The translations under genes were made by a program, and so were the position numbers. A model generated the notes under the pieces. That model did not search any database, was not told where the DNA came from, and was given only the letters and a program-made list of their open reading frames with translations. Positions 11,031 through 22,630 of a DNA stretch of 64,000 nt are shown piece by piece (positions within the stretch are counted from its first letter, which is position 1; every line of letters starts with the position of its first letter). Location of the stretch: assembly GCA_020891255.1 (NCBI GenBank), contig BQFW01000001.1:1-64000 (forward strand), in the 5' to 3' direction. Source of the DNA: Entomortierella parvispora E1425 (taxonomy: Eukaryota > Fungi > Mortierellomycota).

Positions 11031-14000
11031 TGGCAAGAGAAGGGAGGGAGACAGACGGGAGAAAAGACAGAAGTTCACGGATGCTCCAACCAACAAACAA
11101 CAACCGCCCGTTTCTCCCCCCAGGCTGCACTCGCCCCATCCTAAAGAACAGTGGTCTTGGGACGGAAGAGAACAGGAGGAGGAGGGACAAGAGGAAAGAG
11201 AAGAAGAGGGACAAGTGGGAAGAGAAGAGGAGGGACAAGAGGAAAGAGAAGAGGAGGGACAAGTAGGAAGAGAAGAAGAGGGGCAAGAGGTAAACACAGG
11301 ACAAGAGCTCAGACAAGAGGAGCGAGGAGAAAGAAAGAAGAGACGGAAGGGGGACATGGACGGGCGTCCGTCCGTCTGGCGGCCCGCCCGCAGCGAGGAT
11401 CCAACAACAGCTGAGACAAAAAGGCAAAGTTCAGGAACGATCGATCCGTCTCGTCCATGCGGAGGATCCCTGATTTTTAGTTGGTTTTTTTTTGTTGGGC
11501 CAACAGCAGCGTCTTCATACCAAGACTTCATATCATTCATACTTTGAGTGGACAGGCGTCACCTGTGGGGATGCAGACAGGGTTGTCACAATCCCACAGA
11601 GGAAGAGCGAGAAGGGTATGAGGGGAGATATCAAGCAGACATGTGCAAGAGAGAAGGAAAAAAAAACAGGGAGGGAAGAAAAGAAACGATCAAGACTGAC
11701 AAACAAGAGGGAAGAGAAGAAAAAAGACGATCAAGAAGGAAGAGAAGAAAGGAAAGAAGGGAGAGAGAAGAAGATAGGGACAGTTGAACGCAACAGACGA
11801 AAAAGCAATGCAAGAGAGGAAGACCAGACAAGTTCTAGTGTAAAGGAGAAGACATCAGCGAAGGAAAACAAGAGAAAGACTGACGAACAAGGAGGAAGAA
11901 AACAGAGGAGCAAGAAAGAAGAGAAGAGAGGGAAGAGAGGATAGGAACAAGAAGGAAGGGAAGGGAAGAGAAGAGAGGGCAAGAGAAGAGAGGGCAAGAG
12001 AAGAGAGGGCAAGAGAAGAGAGGGCAAGAGAGAGAGAAGAGGAGAGAGGGAGGAGAAGAGGGGGAAAAACCGACAACAGCTGTGTTCTGCAGGAACGATG
12101 ATCCGTCCATGCGGGACAAGACAAACATAAAAAGCTTTTTTTTTTTTTTGCGCCAGCAGCCAAGTGCTCCTCCTCCTCCTTCTCCTCCTCCTCCTCCTCC
12201 TCCTCCCTGTTGGGTGGGCAAGTGTGCCGCACTGTGGGAATGCAGAAAGGGTTGTCTCAAGCAGTCGAGATCATGAGCAGAGTATTTGTCAACGCGACAG
12301 TTTTTTGCCCCGAATGCATCAAAGGGAGGGATGGAGGTACGTTTGGGTCTTCGGTAGCAGCGATTCAGTAGAGGGAACCTGCTGAAGGTGGATGAGTGCT
12401 GGGGCCATGTCTGCCTTGCCACCTTGCCCTTTCGCGGCCAGAAGACTGTTCCACCAAATGTGCCACCAAGGTGCCTTGTGGACTTGAGTTGAGCTTTTGA
12501 CTGCCAGGATCCTTTTTGGTGTGATCCGTCTTCACTCCAAAAAAAATCTGTCAATCCGAGCCGCTGCATGTCGTTGCATGTTGTTGCATCTCGACTTCAT
12601 CCCAGTCCCTCCATTAAAGCTGATTTTCTTTGGTCGGCCCCCTCTCGCTCGCTCAGCCTAAAACCCACTTGTGGATCGTGGTCCTTAGGCGTGGGGTGGA
12701 CTTTGTTACCGCTGTTCCAGTCGTCTCCCATGGTTGCTGGCTGTATCCCATCCAGGAAGCCACTGCATGCCGTAGCACTTCAATTCCATTCTGGAACCCT
12801 GCATCAAGTTGAACTGCTCGATCCTCCAATTCGTTCCGGGACTGAGGGGAAGAAGTTTCTCTTGCAACTCGCCCTCCTGTGGGTCTTGAGTCCAGGAGGC
12901 GAGTGGTGGCCCTGTTGCTACCTACGTCCTATTTTGCATGTCGCTTCCTGTCAACCTCCTGTTCCTGGGGCTGGCCCACTGTTAATTGGGCCTATTGCAG
13001 GCGTGTGATGTATCCGAAGATGAACACAATGTTGAATCGGATAGAAGTCGAATGGAATAAAAGTCGATGCCAGTCGACATATTATTATTGAATGCGAGGC
13101 CGATTCTGGATGCCCCAATTCTGGATCGAATCTCAAATCTCGAATATTTGATGTGGACTCAGACATATTTTTTAAATGCGCTAGAACCAATCTGTAGAAA
13201 AGACCGCTGCTGGAGACCCTGGATGCACGGCGTGAAAGCAAAAAATTTACATGCGTTAGAACCAAATCTCCGGGTTCCTGATGGCATCATCAGATAGCTG
13301 CAACTGAGGACTATTATGAGCCAAGGTACCAGGGTCTCATGACCTGACCTTGCCACCGAAAAAGTGCATTAAATGACCCTAAAACATCAAGTTGACCCCA
13401 CGCCACCACCCTTGCAGGGGTTTAGCACAGGGGGCCCCCTTTGATGTCATGACCGGATTCCGACGAGGAGGAGGCTGGACAGGACCAGGGTCTTGGGTTC
13501 CGCTCAGTGTGGAGCAGGAGCAAGTGCCCAACATGGGCTATATTTATCTGGGCTATATTTTGCCATGGGTGTAGCTGGCACAGGAAAGTCGGAGTGTTGA
13601 AGGAGCTGTGTCGTCAATCCTCGGGCACGGGCAACAGGAACAACAGACAAGGGACAAGCAACAGAGGCAGAGATCGACAACAGCGGCGACAAACGAGCCC
13701 GATCGGTCCAAGCGGACAACAAAAAAAAAACGATGACAGCTCCTTTTTTTTTGGCGGTAGCCGCTGCAAAGTGCGCATCCCAAGATCAGATCACCCTCCT
13801 CTAGGAAGTGGACATGCACAACCTGAGGTGAAGCAAGCAGGGCTGCCACGAAGGGAGGAGAGGAAGAGAGAGGGAAGAGGATTCAGGGGCAATCTGCAGC
13901 GGGAGGGAAAAAAACAAGGACAGAGACATGGGCAAGGCCTGTCCATTGTTCATTTTTCTCCTTCCTCGACCGTTCCATCTCATCTCCTACCTCGCTCTTC

Positions 14001-14816
14001 CATCTTGCAACCTGCATCCATGCCATGCGCTTGCCTTTCATTGCTCTTGCGCCGTCCATCTTGTCGTCTCCATCTTTCTCAACTCTTACATCCTCTCGTC
14101 CTTTGTGCCAATCTCCTCTCTTTCATCGTCCATGTCCATGTTGCTCTTCTCTCCTACTGCATCCTTCGTCCGCATCATTTCTTTAAAAGGCCGATGTGAG
14201 GAAGACAATTGAGAGTGGACCGAGGCAATAATGAACGGAGTCAGCTTGGCTTGTTTGGTTTGGAGAGGCAAGATGTGCAGCACTCAAACAACAACCAAGG
14301 TTGGCCTTACCCCTCCCATGCTCGTGAGGGAGAGTGACCACTGTCCGTTTGATTAGGATTCCTTGCTATTTTTATTTCTCTTTGGTGGGTGACAGCTCGA
14401 TGAGACTGGTTCAATCCTTTTCCCCAGAGCTGGGTTGGATGAGCACCATCGACGAGAATGCGTGGGACAGTAAAACTCAGATCTTTCTGTGTAAATTGGA
14501 AGCCCCTTATGTTACTGTGCTAGACCCATGTAAAATAAGCTATTTTTTTTATCTTCGGTGGATCATAGCTCAACGAGTAATGGTGCAGTCTCCTTCCCAT
14601 TAGCTCCATTGGAGGGGCACTATCGAGGACGGTGTATGGTACTGGTTGTAGAACTGTGGGTTCTGCATAGCAAGAGCAATGGTGATGCATGTGTTTTTGC
14701 TTGCCCCTGATGGACAGATGCATACATACGCTGATGGGTGCAAAGTACAGAAAGTTTATGATTTTCCTGAGACTACTACGAATCTGTCGGCAGTCATCCA
14801 TTCGTCCTCGTACCTC

Positions 14817-17800
14817 TTATCCAGTGTGGGGCTTTTGCTCTGCTCTATCAGACAAGTCAGACTGGTCGCTGACTCGCTTAGTTCCCTTGACACTGTCGAG
14901 CAGATCAACCACTCCCCTTGGCACAAAGTTTCCCATATTACTCCCATCAATGATCATAAGAAGCTGCTTCAATGGTTCATCAACTTCCGCAAATCCATGA
15001 CGGTCATTAGCTCCAGTCACAGGCTCCGAATCCCAAATGCTGTCGCCATCCCACCCCATTCGAGGTGTCTTTTTGATTGTGGGGTGGACGTAGAGCAAGC
15101 TGAGATACTTTCCACCAGGGCAGTACGCGGCCAGGTTCGGTAGATGGTCTTTGATCCTACTCTCATGCACATTCAGCCGCGCATCCTCCACATCTCCTGG
15201 ATAGATGCCCTTGAGGAGCTTCGTTTGGACAAATACGGGGTAAAGCTCCTTATTGATTCGCAGAACAAAGACGATGTCAGGTCCAGATGGAGACAGTCCT
15301 GGGTAGTAAAATGGTGGTACCTCGTAATCACCCTTTCTCGAGCCATTTCTGTAGTGCGCCTCCATAAAATCGTACATGGTTAGCGTGTTATTGTGCCGAG
15401 CTCTCCACTCATAACCTTCCCATCCGATGATCGTTGCTCGGTGCGTAAACAGATGCTTAGGGAATGTGACAGGCTCAAAAGTTGGGATAGGGACCTTGGG
15501 CGGCTTGAGGTGCACAGCAGGCTTAGGGATCGAGAATAGTTCATGTTTGAGTCGTTTGTTATGGAAGGCGTAGATCAGGTCCAAGGGTGTATGTCGCTCA
15601 AAGATTTTCCCTTCTGGAGAAGGATCCTGCAAGTCTCGGTACTGTTCTCTGAAGAAATGGTAAAACCCTTCGTCTTCTCTTTGGATAAAGTTGTAGGCAG
15701 CCCTGAACACGAATGGCTCGTCAATAACTGTGTCGACTCTCCTCCCCATAGCAGCTCGGTCAGCAGTAACGCGAAGACGGGCAAAGGCGCTTTCGACCAT
15801 AATAGGCTCCTCTCCTTGCAAGCTCCAAGGCAACCCTAGAGACGCTCGAAAAACGACAGTCTGTCTGAGAACATGCATGATATCAACAGCATCTTTGAAT
15901 TTGGCCGGATCCTTGGAGACCTTATCGAGCATCCTCTTGATATCAGAACAAAGGTTCCCGCGCACTGGGAAATGTTCAGGGTAACTTGTCATTGACTGCA
16001 CTCTTCGTTCGATAGCCTCTCTCCAGTATGATATGGATCCGTTGGCGATAATTTCCTCGATTGTGGAGATGATTGGACGGAACCTGCCCCGAAGCCTGAA
16101 AAACAATTCTTGAACGGCTTTTTCGGGTATCAGCTCGTAAAGCACTGCTTTGTCATCCTCACTCATTGTATCCCCGAGATTATTGATGTACGTTGCCACT
16201 TGCTCCACAGTTTCCCAGCCTGGGAAGTCAACAATCCGACGATTAACCTGTTCCCAGCTGCTTCCAATGCCTCCAGAGCTCAGCAGAACTTCGAGTTCGT
16301 CTGGGCCAATGCCCGTGCCACAGGTCACCACGCAGTAGTCTTGCTCGCTTGCAGAAATACTCCTAAGCCCACGTATGATAGGAGAGAGGACCGATCTAGG
16401 ATCCCCGGAGTCTGCACGCGACACGAAATAACCCCTCCCATGATCGCTCAAGGTCTGCGCTTCATCGAGGACGACGAGAAGCTTATTCGGCAAAGAATCG
16501 GAAGAGAACGAAGAGATATGGTCTTGAGCCTGACGAAATCGATCTTGCAAAAGGATCTTCAAGATCGAAAGAGACGGTGTCCGATCGTGATAGGCGCGTA
16601 GTATAGCCCTGAAAACCATGTCAAAGACATCCGGTACAGCGGTGTCAAAGGCTCCCGGGCATACTTGGAATAACATCCAACGGTCACAGGCAAATATGTC
16701 ATGGTGGCCGAGACTTAGACAGTGTTGCAGGACCATGAGACGCGAAATAAGAAGACAGCAGGTCATCGCCTGAATATTGAGACCATTCCGCACCTTATCG
16801 GACGACAGATACCGCTCCGGCATTTCCAGTGCTGACTCAAACATAGTGGTAATATCCTTGGAACCTCGATCCGCCTGACTGCCGTTCATGTAGAACCCCC
16901 ATGTCTGTGCAAGCATTTCGACGACAGCCCGGGTTTTTCCGCAGCCACTCACACCAAAGAATGTCATCATATCGTTGTTTTGAAACTTTTTGATACTGTC
17001 GAGCGCTGTCACAGAAGGGGGCGTTGTTGAATCCGTCGTTTGGTGTGGTCGCGTTGGATGCAGGAGGTATAAGGCTGGCCGAGACGACTGATGGGAAAAG
17101 GAACTCGATCGCAGCCATGCCTTTGGTAAGCCCTTAACACAGCAATCAGCCTCAGGAAGAGAGAGCTCGCCTTGCACAAACGAGCGAGTAAAGTTTGATA
17201 CTGCAGTTCCTGGCTGAAAGAATTCATCCTTGATCCTCTCTAATTGTGTATTAACTAAAGCATTATTGATAATAAGTATATTAGTGGCCAACCCAACGCC
17301 GAGCGGACACAGGACTTGACTAATCATGCGCTTATCTTACAAGCTTCTATCCCTTGTTCAAGCGACGGAGGTGACGGTGTTCGAGCTGGGACAGGAGCTT
17401 GAACTTTGTCGGAGTGAGTAAACGTGGAAACAAAGTTAGAGTCAATTGGCCACAGTCGTTCTTGTAGACTGCGATGAGAAACAAGGCTGCATTACCTGGC
17501 CGCTGGACAATGATGCTGATTGTTTTCTTGGGTGGTTGCGCCTTAAATTCATCGGAGATGTCGTCGGCCGGGTCGAGTTCTGTCGCAGAGCCCCATTCAT
17601 TTAGGACGATTGGCTTGCGCTCTTTCAGTGGGGCCAAGGGGATCGAGACAGACCAAAGGGTGAGCATGTTTGCATCGACACCGGCCAAAGCGATGGATTT
17701 CGCCTTCTTGATCTCATTCTTGAGTATGCCTATGGACGCGCTGGAATTAATCTCGACAGGAAACGGGGTCGATTCGGTTTCGACAACGCAGAGCAGAGTA

Positions 17801-17817
17801 AGGAGTTTGTTGGTCAT
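14817..17817 (-). CDS. Crinkler (CRN)-family protein: N-terminal ubiquitin-like CR-NTD + P-loop NTPase + restriction-endonuclease-like C-terminus (~940 aa)
   Basis: Exons 17817-17496, 17403-17341 and 17254-14817, with GT-AG introns in consistent phase (total 2823 nt). The N-terminus MTNKLLTLLCVVETESTPFPVEI..LKNEIK..LTLWSVSIP..KKTISIIVQRP is typical of CRN N-terminal domains. Walker A GVSGCGKT, Walker B VVLDEAQ, and GPDIVF..VFVQTK as a PD-(D/E)xK-like motif. Confidence 0.88.
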
Positions 17818-20200
17818 GGTGCTGCGAAGCATAGGGTGAGGTGGTGATGTTTGGAGAAGAAGGTGAGAGTTGAAGGAAGGAAAAGGTGGACGAGGAAAGA
17901 AAGATGATGATGCCAAGGAAGGGCATAAAAGGAGAGGCGATGAAGGGCATGGGAGTGGTGGCAAAGAGAGCCAAATGGAAGTGGCACAATTGAATCCATT
18001 TCCTTCCGTCACCGATGCTGGAGGACACCCCCCCCCCCTCGGAAACTGTGGTCGTTTAACCGTTCTCGGGGAAGAGCTCTTGACGTAGAACGAAGGGCTC
18101 CTGGAATTGGTTGCGGCTACATGTGATCTGATTCGAGGATACATGGACTCAGGCTACCTATGTAGTAAGTGATCTATGGTTTGGGTGGTCATGTTCATGT
18201 TCATGGAAGCAGACGCTTTTTTTTTTTTTTTGGAGAACGGATCCTGAATACTTTCGGCTCGTACCAGCGTCGCACACAGACAACATGTTTCCAGGAGAGT
18301 GCTCGTAGGTGGAGCAAACTTGAAAGGGATACTCCATTACCAGGCCATCCTTCAACGGCGCGATACACCTACAAGAGATGTCCCTCGCAAATCAGATATC
18401 GTTGGATTTGGAAGCACGATACGGACTTGCAGACTCGAAGTCATGAGCATGGGACTGATTATGGATGTTCATTTCTCTCCTGATTTTGGGAACGACGGAG
18501 CTATTGTGCCTTCGTCCTTTCCTAAGGTTGGCGAGTCTCGCTCCAATCTTACTTTTATTTTATTGCGCACAGATCAAGGAACTGGTGCACCAGACCTCAT
18601 GTTTGCATTGTTCAGCCAGGCTTTGAAGCAAACTGTATGCACTAATTCAAGGAAGGCATGCTAAAGAGTAAGCGACAAATTAAACGGCCATAGACCTCGA
18701 CATGCATGAGGCTGAAAATCACGGTGTCAGCTGCATTGTGTCGCACTCAGATGATAGAAGAGCTAGACTGCGCTCAACGTTCCTAGGACCTAACTAATTC
18801 AGCGTCACTTGAGTTTTCTCGACGTAATAATAAACGCTGCACCTTGCCATTGGACTGTAAACCAACACCAAGTTTTCAAGCCTAGTGACCGAGAAGGCAG
18901 AAGAACGAATCGCCAGTTGGGACATATTTTGGGGATAGGGGAAAGGAGGGAGAAGTTCCATCCAAGCACAAACAACAAAAGGGGGCTGCACTCACCCCAC
19001 CAAAAGAACAATGGTCTTGACAGGTGGAAAGACAAGAGGAGGGACACGAGGAGGGACACGAGGAAGGACAAGAAGCAAGCGAAGAAGGGGACAAGACGCA
19101 AAAGAAGAGGGACATGAAGGAAGAGAAGAGACGAGACGACAAAGGGAAGAGGAAGATGAATGGTTCAATAAGAGGGACATGGGAGCATTCCCTTCCGGCT
19201 GGCGACAGCGGCGGATCCGACAACAATCAGGACAAGCGACAGGAACGATCAGCAGTCCATACAGGGAGGGACTCCTCGTCCACGAGGGTTCAAAAAAAAC
19301 CAAAAACGGGGGGGTTTTTTTTTGTGCCAGCAGCCACAAAGCGCTCATCCCAAGAGTTCAGCATCAAGGACTTCAGATCGTTTCCCCTTGGGTAGTCATG
19401 CACAACCTGTGGGGATGCAAACAGGCTTGCCATAGAGGAAGAGCGAGAAGGACAAGAGGGAAGAGATCAAACAGACATGTGCAAGAGAGAAGACAAGAGC
19501 AACAACGCACGTTTCCCCCCCTCGACAATGGTCTTCGGATGATTGTCGAGAGGGAAGATAGGGACGAGAGGGAGAAAAGAAAGGGGCCAGAGGGAAGAGA
19601 AGGAAAGAGCGGATCAAGAAGGAAGATACGAGAAGGACAAGAAGGAAAGAAGAAATAGTCATGAGGGAAAAGAAAAGAGGGTCATGAGGGAAGGGAAAGA
19701 GGGACAAGAGTGGGGAGATCAAAGAGACAAGTTCAAAAGAGAAAACAAGAGGCAAGGAGGAGAAGAAACGATTAAAACTACGAGCAAGAAGGACGAGAAA
19801 TGAAAAGAGGGTCAAGAGGGAAGGGAATAGAGCAGAGAGGGAAGGATGCGAAAGAGAGTTTAGTCCCTGCAGGGGGGATTTTTTTTTGGTGCCAGCTGCA
19901 GGAAAGTGCGCCTCCATGTCTACTTCCTTGGATGGACATGTGCAGCCTGATGTAAACACGCTAGCGTTGCCACACCAGGTGGAGTACCGTAACCTCATTC
20001 TCCCAAGTCCCTTCGTTTTGTTACGCTTTGGCAGAGAGGACTGGACTCAAGCTCCAGCGCGTCAAAAGCGCGATTTATTTTTTCTTCTTGGAGGTTTCTG
20101 CGCGAGTTTCTTCAACTGCCAGCAGAATTTGTTTCCAGCAGGTCATCAACAACCAAGGTCGGAGAGAAGCAAGCAGGGAAACATGATCCAACTATCCACA

Positions 20201-22294
20201 CTACGCAGTTCGTGAGAATTTGAATCTTCTCAGCACAGTGTCGTCAACGCCACGGAGTCTCTGGGTTGCGTCCTCATAGCTGTCAAACCTCCTCTTGGTT
20301 CTTTCGTTGATGATCAAATCAGCCTTCGTTTCATCAATGCCACGTATTCGCTTGAGGTCTTTGCGTTGTGCTCGATTAATATCGAGGGCGCCAGTTGTAG
20401 CGAAAACGAACGCTCTGCCGGCAAATGGTCCAAAGTAGAGTGCCCAATTTGATCCGTCTACAATTCCCGAAAGTGGTGGAAGATCAACTTCAAGCTGATC
20501 TTTGGAGGTGAACATTATGAAGAAATCCCTGTCGGATGCAGCTTTTTTCCTTTCCGCTTGGTAATCGATCCCGCCGCCGTCGGCGATCAGCTTGCATTGG
20601 TGGACTTCCATGCGGAATCCTGTGTGGAATCCCTGTGTATCCAGTCCAGTGAAACTATCGCCGTAGGGTGCTGACGGTGCATTGATAATACAGTGTTCAA
20701 ACCGACGGATACTCAGCGTCTGGTGTTCACAGTGAATGGTCAAAGTCATTCGTTCATAGATCGTGGACTTGGTATCGACCTGTTTAGACGAGACGGCTAC
20801 CTTTAGGTGATGATTTTTAAAATGGATGTCACCACGCAAACGTGCTCCTGTGTGGATTGCCGAGATCGTTGTGGGCTCGCCATCCCCCAGCACCTGTGAC
20901 TTGAGGCAGCGGAAGGTTGCAAGGAAATGCTCAAAGTGCTGCCAAAATTGAGCTCCTGGTGGCGATCCTGGATCCGTCTTTGACTTGAGATCTGAGTAGT
21001 CGCAGAAACGCCAGTTGATAAGGGGAGGAACCACGTCTTCTGTTGGCTGGTATGAAAAGAGCCACACCCAGATGTAAGGCGCGGTAAGATATCCTCCTGA
21101 ACCGAGACCATGTGGCTGCTCATACCGGATTAATCCCGGAGTGGCAAGCTCGCCAGGCAATTTGCCACTTCCTAAAAGCGGTTGGTCGGGGTCCAAGTAA
21201 GCTCGCGTAAGTATCGCTCGTGCCATGGCTTGAACTGTCGAAGGCGGAATTGAAAGTGCCTCCGAGTAAAGATCTTTAAGCTTGTGGTATAGACTGTTCA
21301 TCAACGAATCGACATTAAAATCCCTGCCTGCTGCCTCAATGACCTGCTGCAAAGCCTCGAGGGCTCTTCCATGGCCTCCACAGTCGGTCACAAGCACCTT
21401 GGTAATATGATCATCTTCATCAAAGACCGGTGTAGCTGAACCATTTTGATAGATAAACGGAGGTTTCAATGAGGCGACAGGCAAGACGACACGGTTCCAA
21501 TGAGTGAATCCCGAAGCTTTATCGACCAGAGTGGTAATAGTGCCGGTGCAGCATGCCATCAGAAACACGTCCTCAAACGAAAGAGCGACGATGTTTGTCA
21601 AAGCTCGATAGAAGGCTGAGTCTTTGCTGTGGCCATCCTTGGGGTGTGTCATGAAGGATTGCAATCCATCCACCACTAGAATGACAGTAGCTGATCTTAA
21701 ATCTCGACCAGTCCCCCTGGCGACAAGATCCAGGACGTCCATCGGGTGCACCTCCTTGTAGTCCTGCATGACGTCACGGACTCTCTTGTCAGGTAGAAGT
21801 TGCAAGAGCATCCGGGTACCTATGGCTTCGATTGGATAGACCTCCTTCTCCAAAGGACTGGCGCGATTTTCAAGGCTGACATGGAACACCCAGGCGTGCT
21901 CGATCTTGCTTCTCAGCTCCTGATCTTCTTCTTCGGTGAGGCATAATGTAGCAGATTGGTGAAACTCCTGCGCGTTGCGAGACTTTCCTGTTCCTGCTCC
22001 GCAAAGGAATAGGTATAACGGGATCGTCGATTTATCGCGCAGTCCTTTAAAAAAGTCACTGTAATGATCCTTGATCGATCTTCGCAATGTGCCATACAGC
22101 TTCGGATCAGGCTGGTAAGTCCAGCTCATGCCTGTCGTTCTGAGTAGAGGCGGTGGATTTCGGTAGGGCAATCCTAATAGCAAATATACAAATAGATATA
22201 TTTAAATAAAAGATAGGAACTAAACTTCTTCCTGCAGACACGAACGTATTGGATACGTACCTCTGGGGAAAGCTTGAGATATAGCCTGTTTCAT
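20201..22294 (-). CDS. CRN-like protein lacking the CR-NTD: P-loop NTPase + REase-like + C-terminal helix-hairpin-helix (~668 aa)
   Basis: Exons 22294-22261 (MKQAISQAFPR) and 22173-20201 join in phase. Walker A LCGAGTGKS, Walker B ILVVDG, a PYGD..EVHQCK nuclease-like motif, and a ComEA-type HhH tail LDINRAQRKDLKRIRGIDETKADLII. May be a pseudogene if the internal ATG is not used. Confidence 0.75.
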
Positions 22295-22453
22295 GATGGA
22301 TGCCACAACTAAACGATGATTAAGGTTAACTAATGAGCATGGTTCGCGAGCAAGAGCGGGGTCAGGAACTGTGTCGAAGAACGACGTGAAAAGAGACAAG
22401 ATTGGAACAATGGACAGTCTCACAAGGATACATAATGATAAGCAAGGCTTTAC

Positions 22454-22630
22454 CTGGTTGCTAAACAATGATGCCGATGGTCTTTTTGTTGAGGGTTGAA
22501 GGAAGGAAGGGAAATGTTGGACGAAGAAAGAAAGGATGAAGCGGCCACAGCAGGGGTCTAAAAGCAGAAGGCGATGGAGGACGTGGGAGCGGTGGCAAAA
22601 AAAAGGGGGTGGTGGCAAAATGGATTCAAG
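22454..22630 (-). pseudogene. Relic first exon of the second CRN gene (leader + last codons of the deleted CR-NTD)
   Basis: 22491-22630 aligns by eye with the CRN1 leader 17866-17999, then reads LNKKTIGIIV*QP|gtaaag versus CRN1 PPKKTISIIVQRP|gtaatg. TAG is at 22463-22461. Confidence 0.8.

Noticed and set aside
10064-11547. Cys-rich ORFs (CKRPCG/CKRRDE repeats, 400-450 aa) resembling metallothionein or keratin-associated proteins
   Set aside because: They arise from 18-bp minisatellites and purine tracts, and overlapping long ORFs exist in multiple frames on both strands.
19324-19335. gtgccagcagcc matching the SSU rRNA 515F primer region
   Set aside because: It is only 12 nt, belongs to the family B module, and the flanks are not rRNA.
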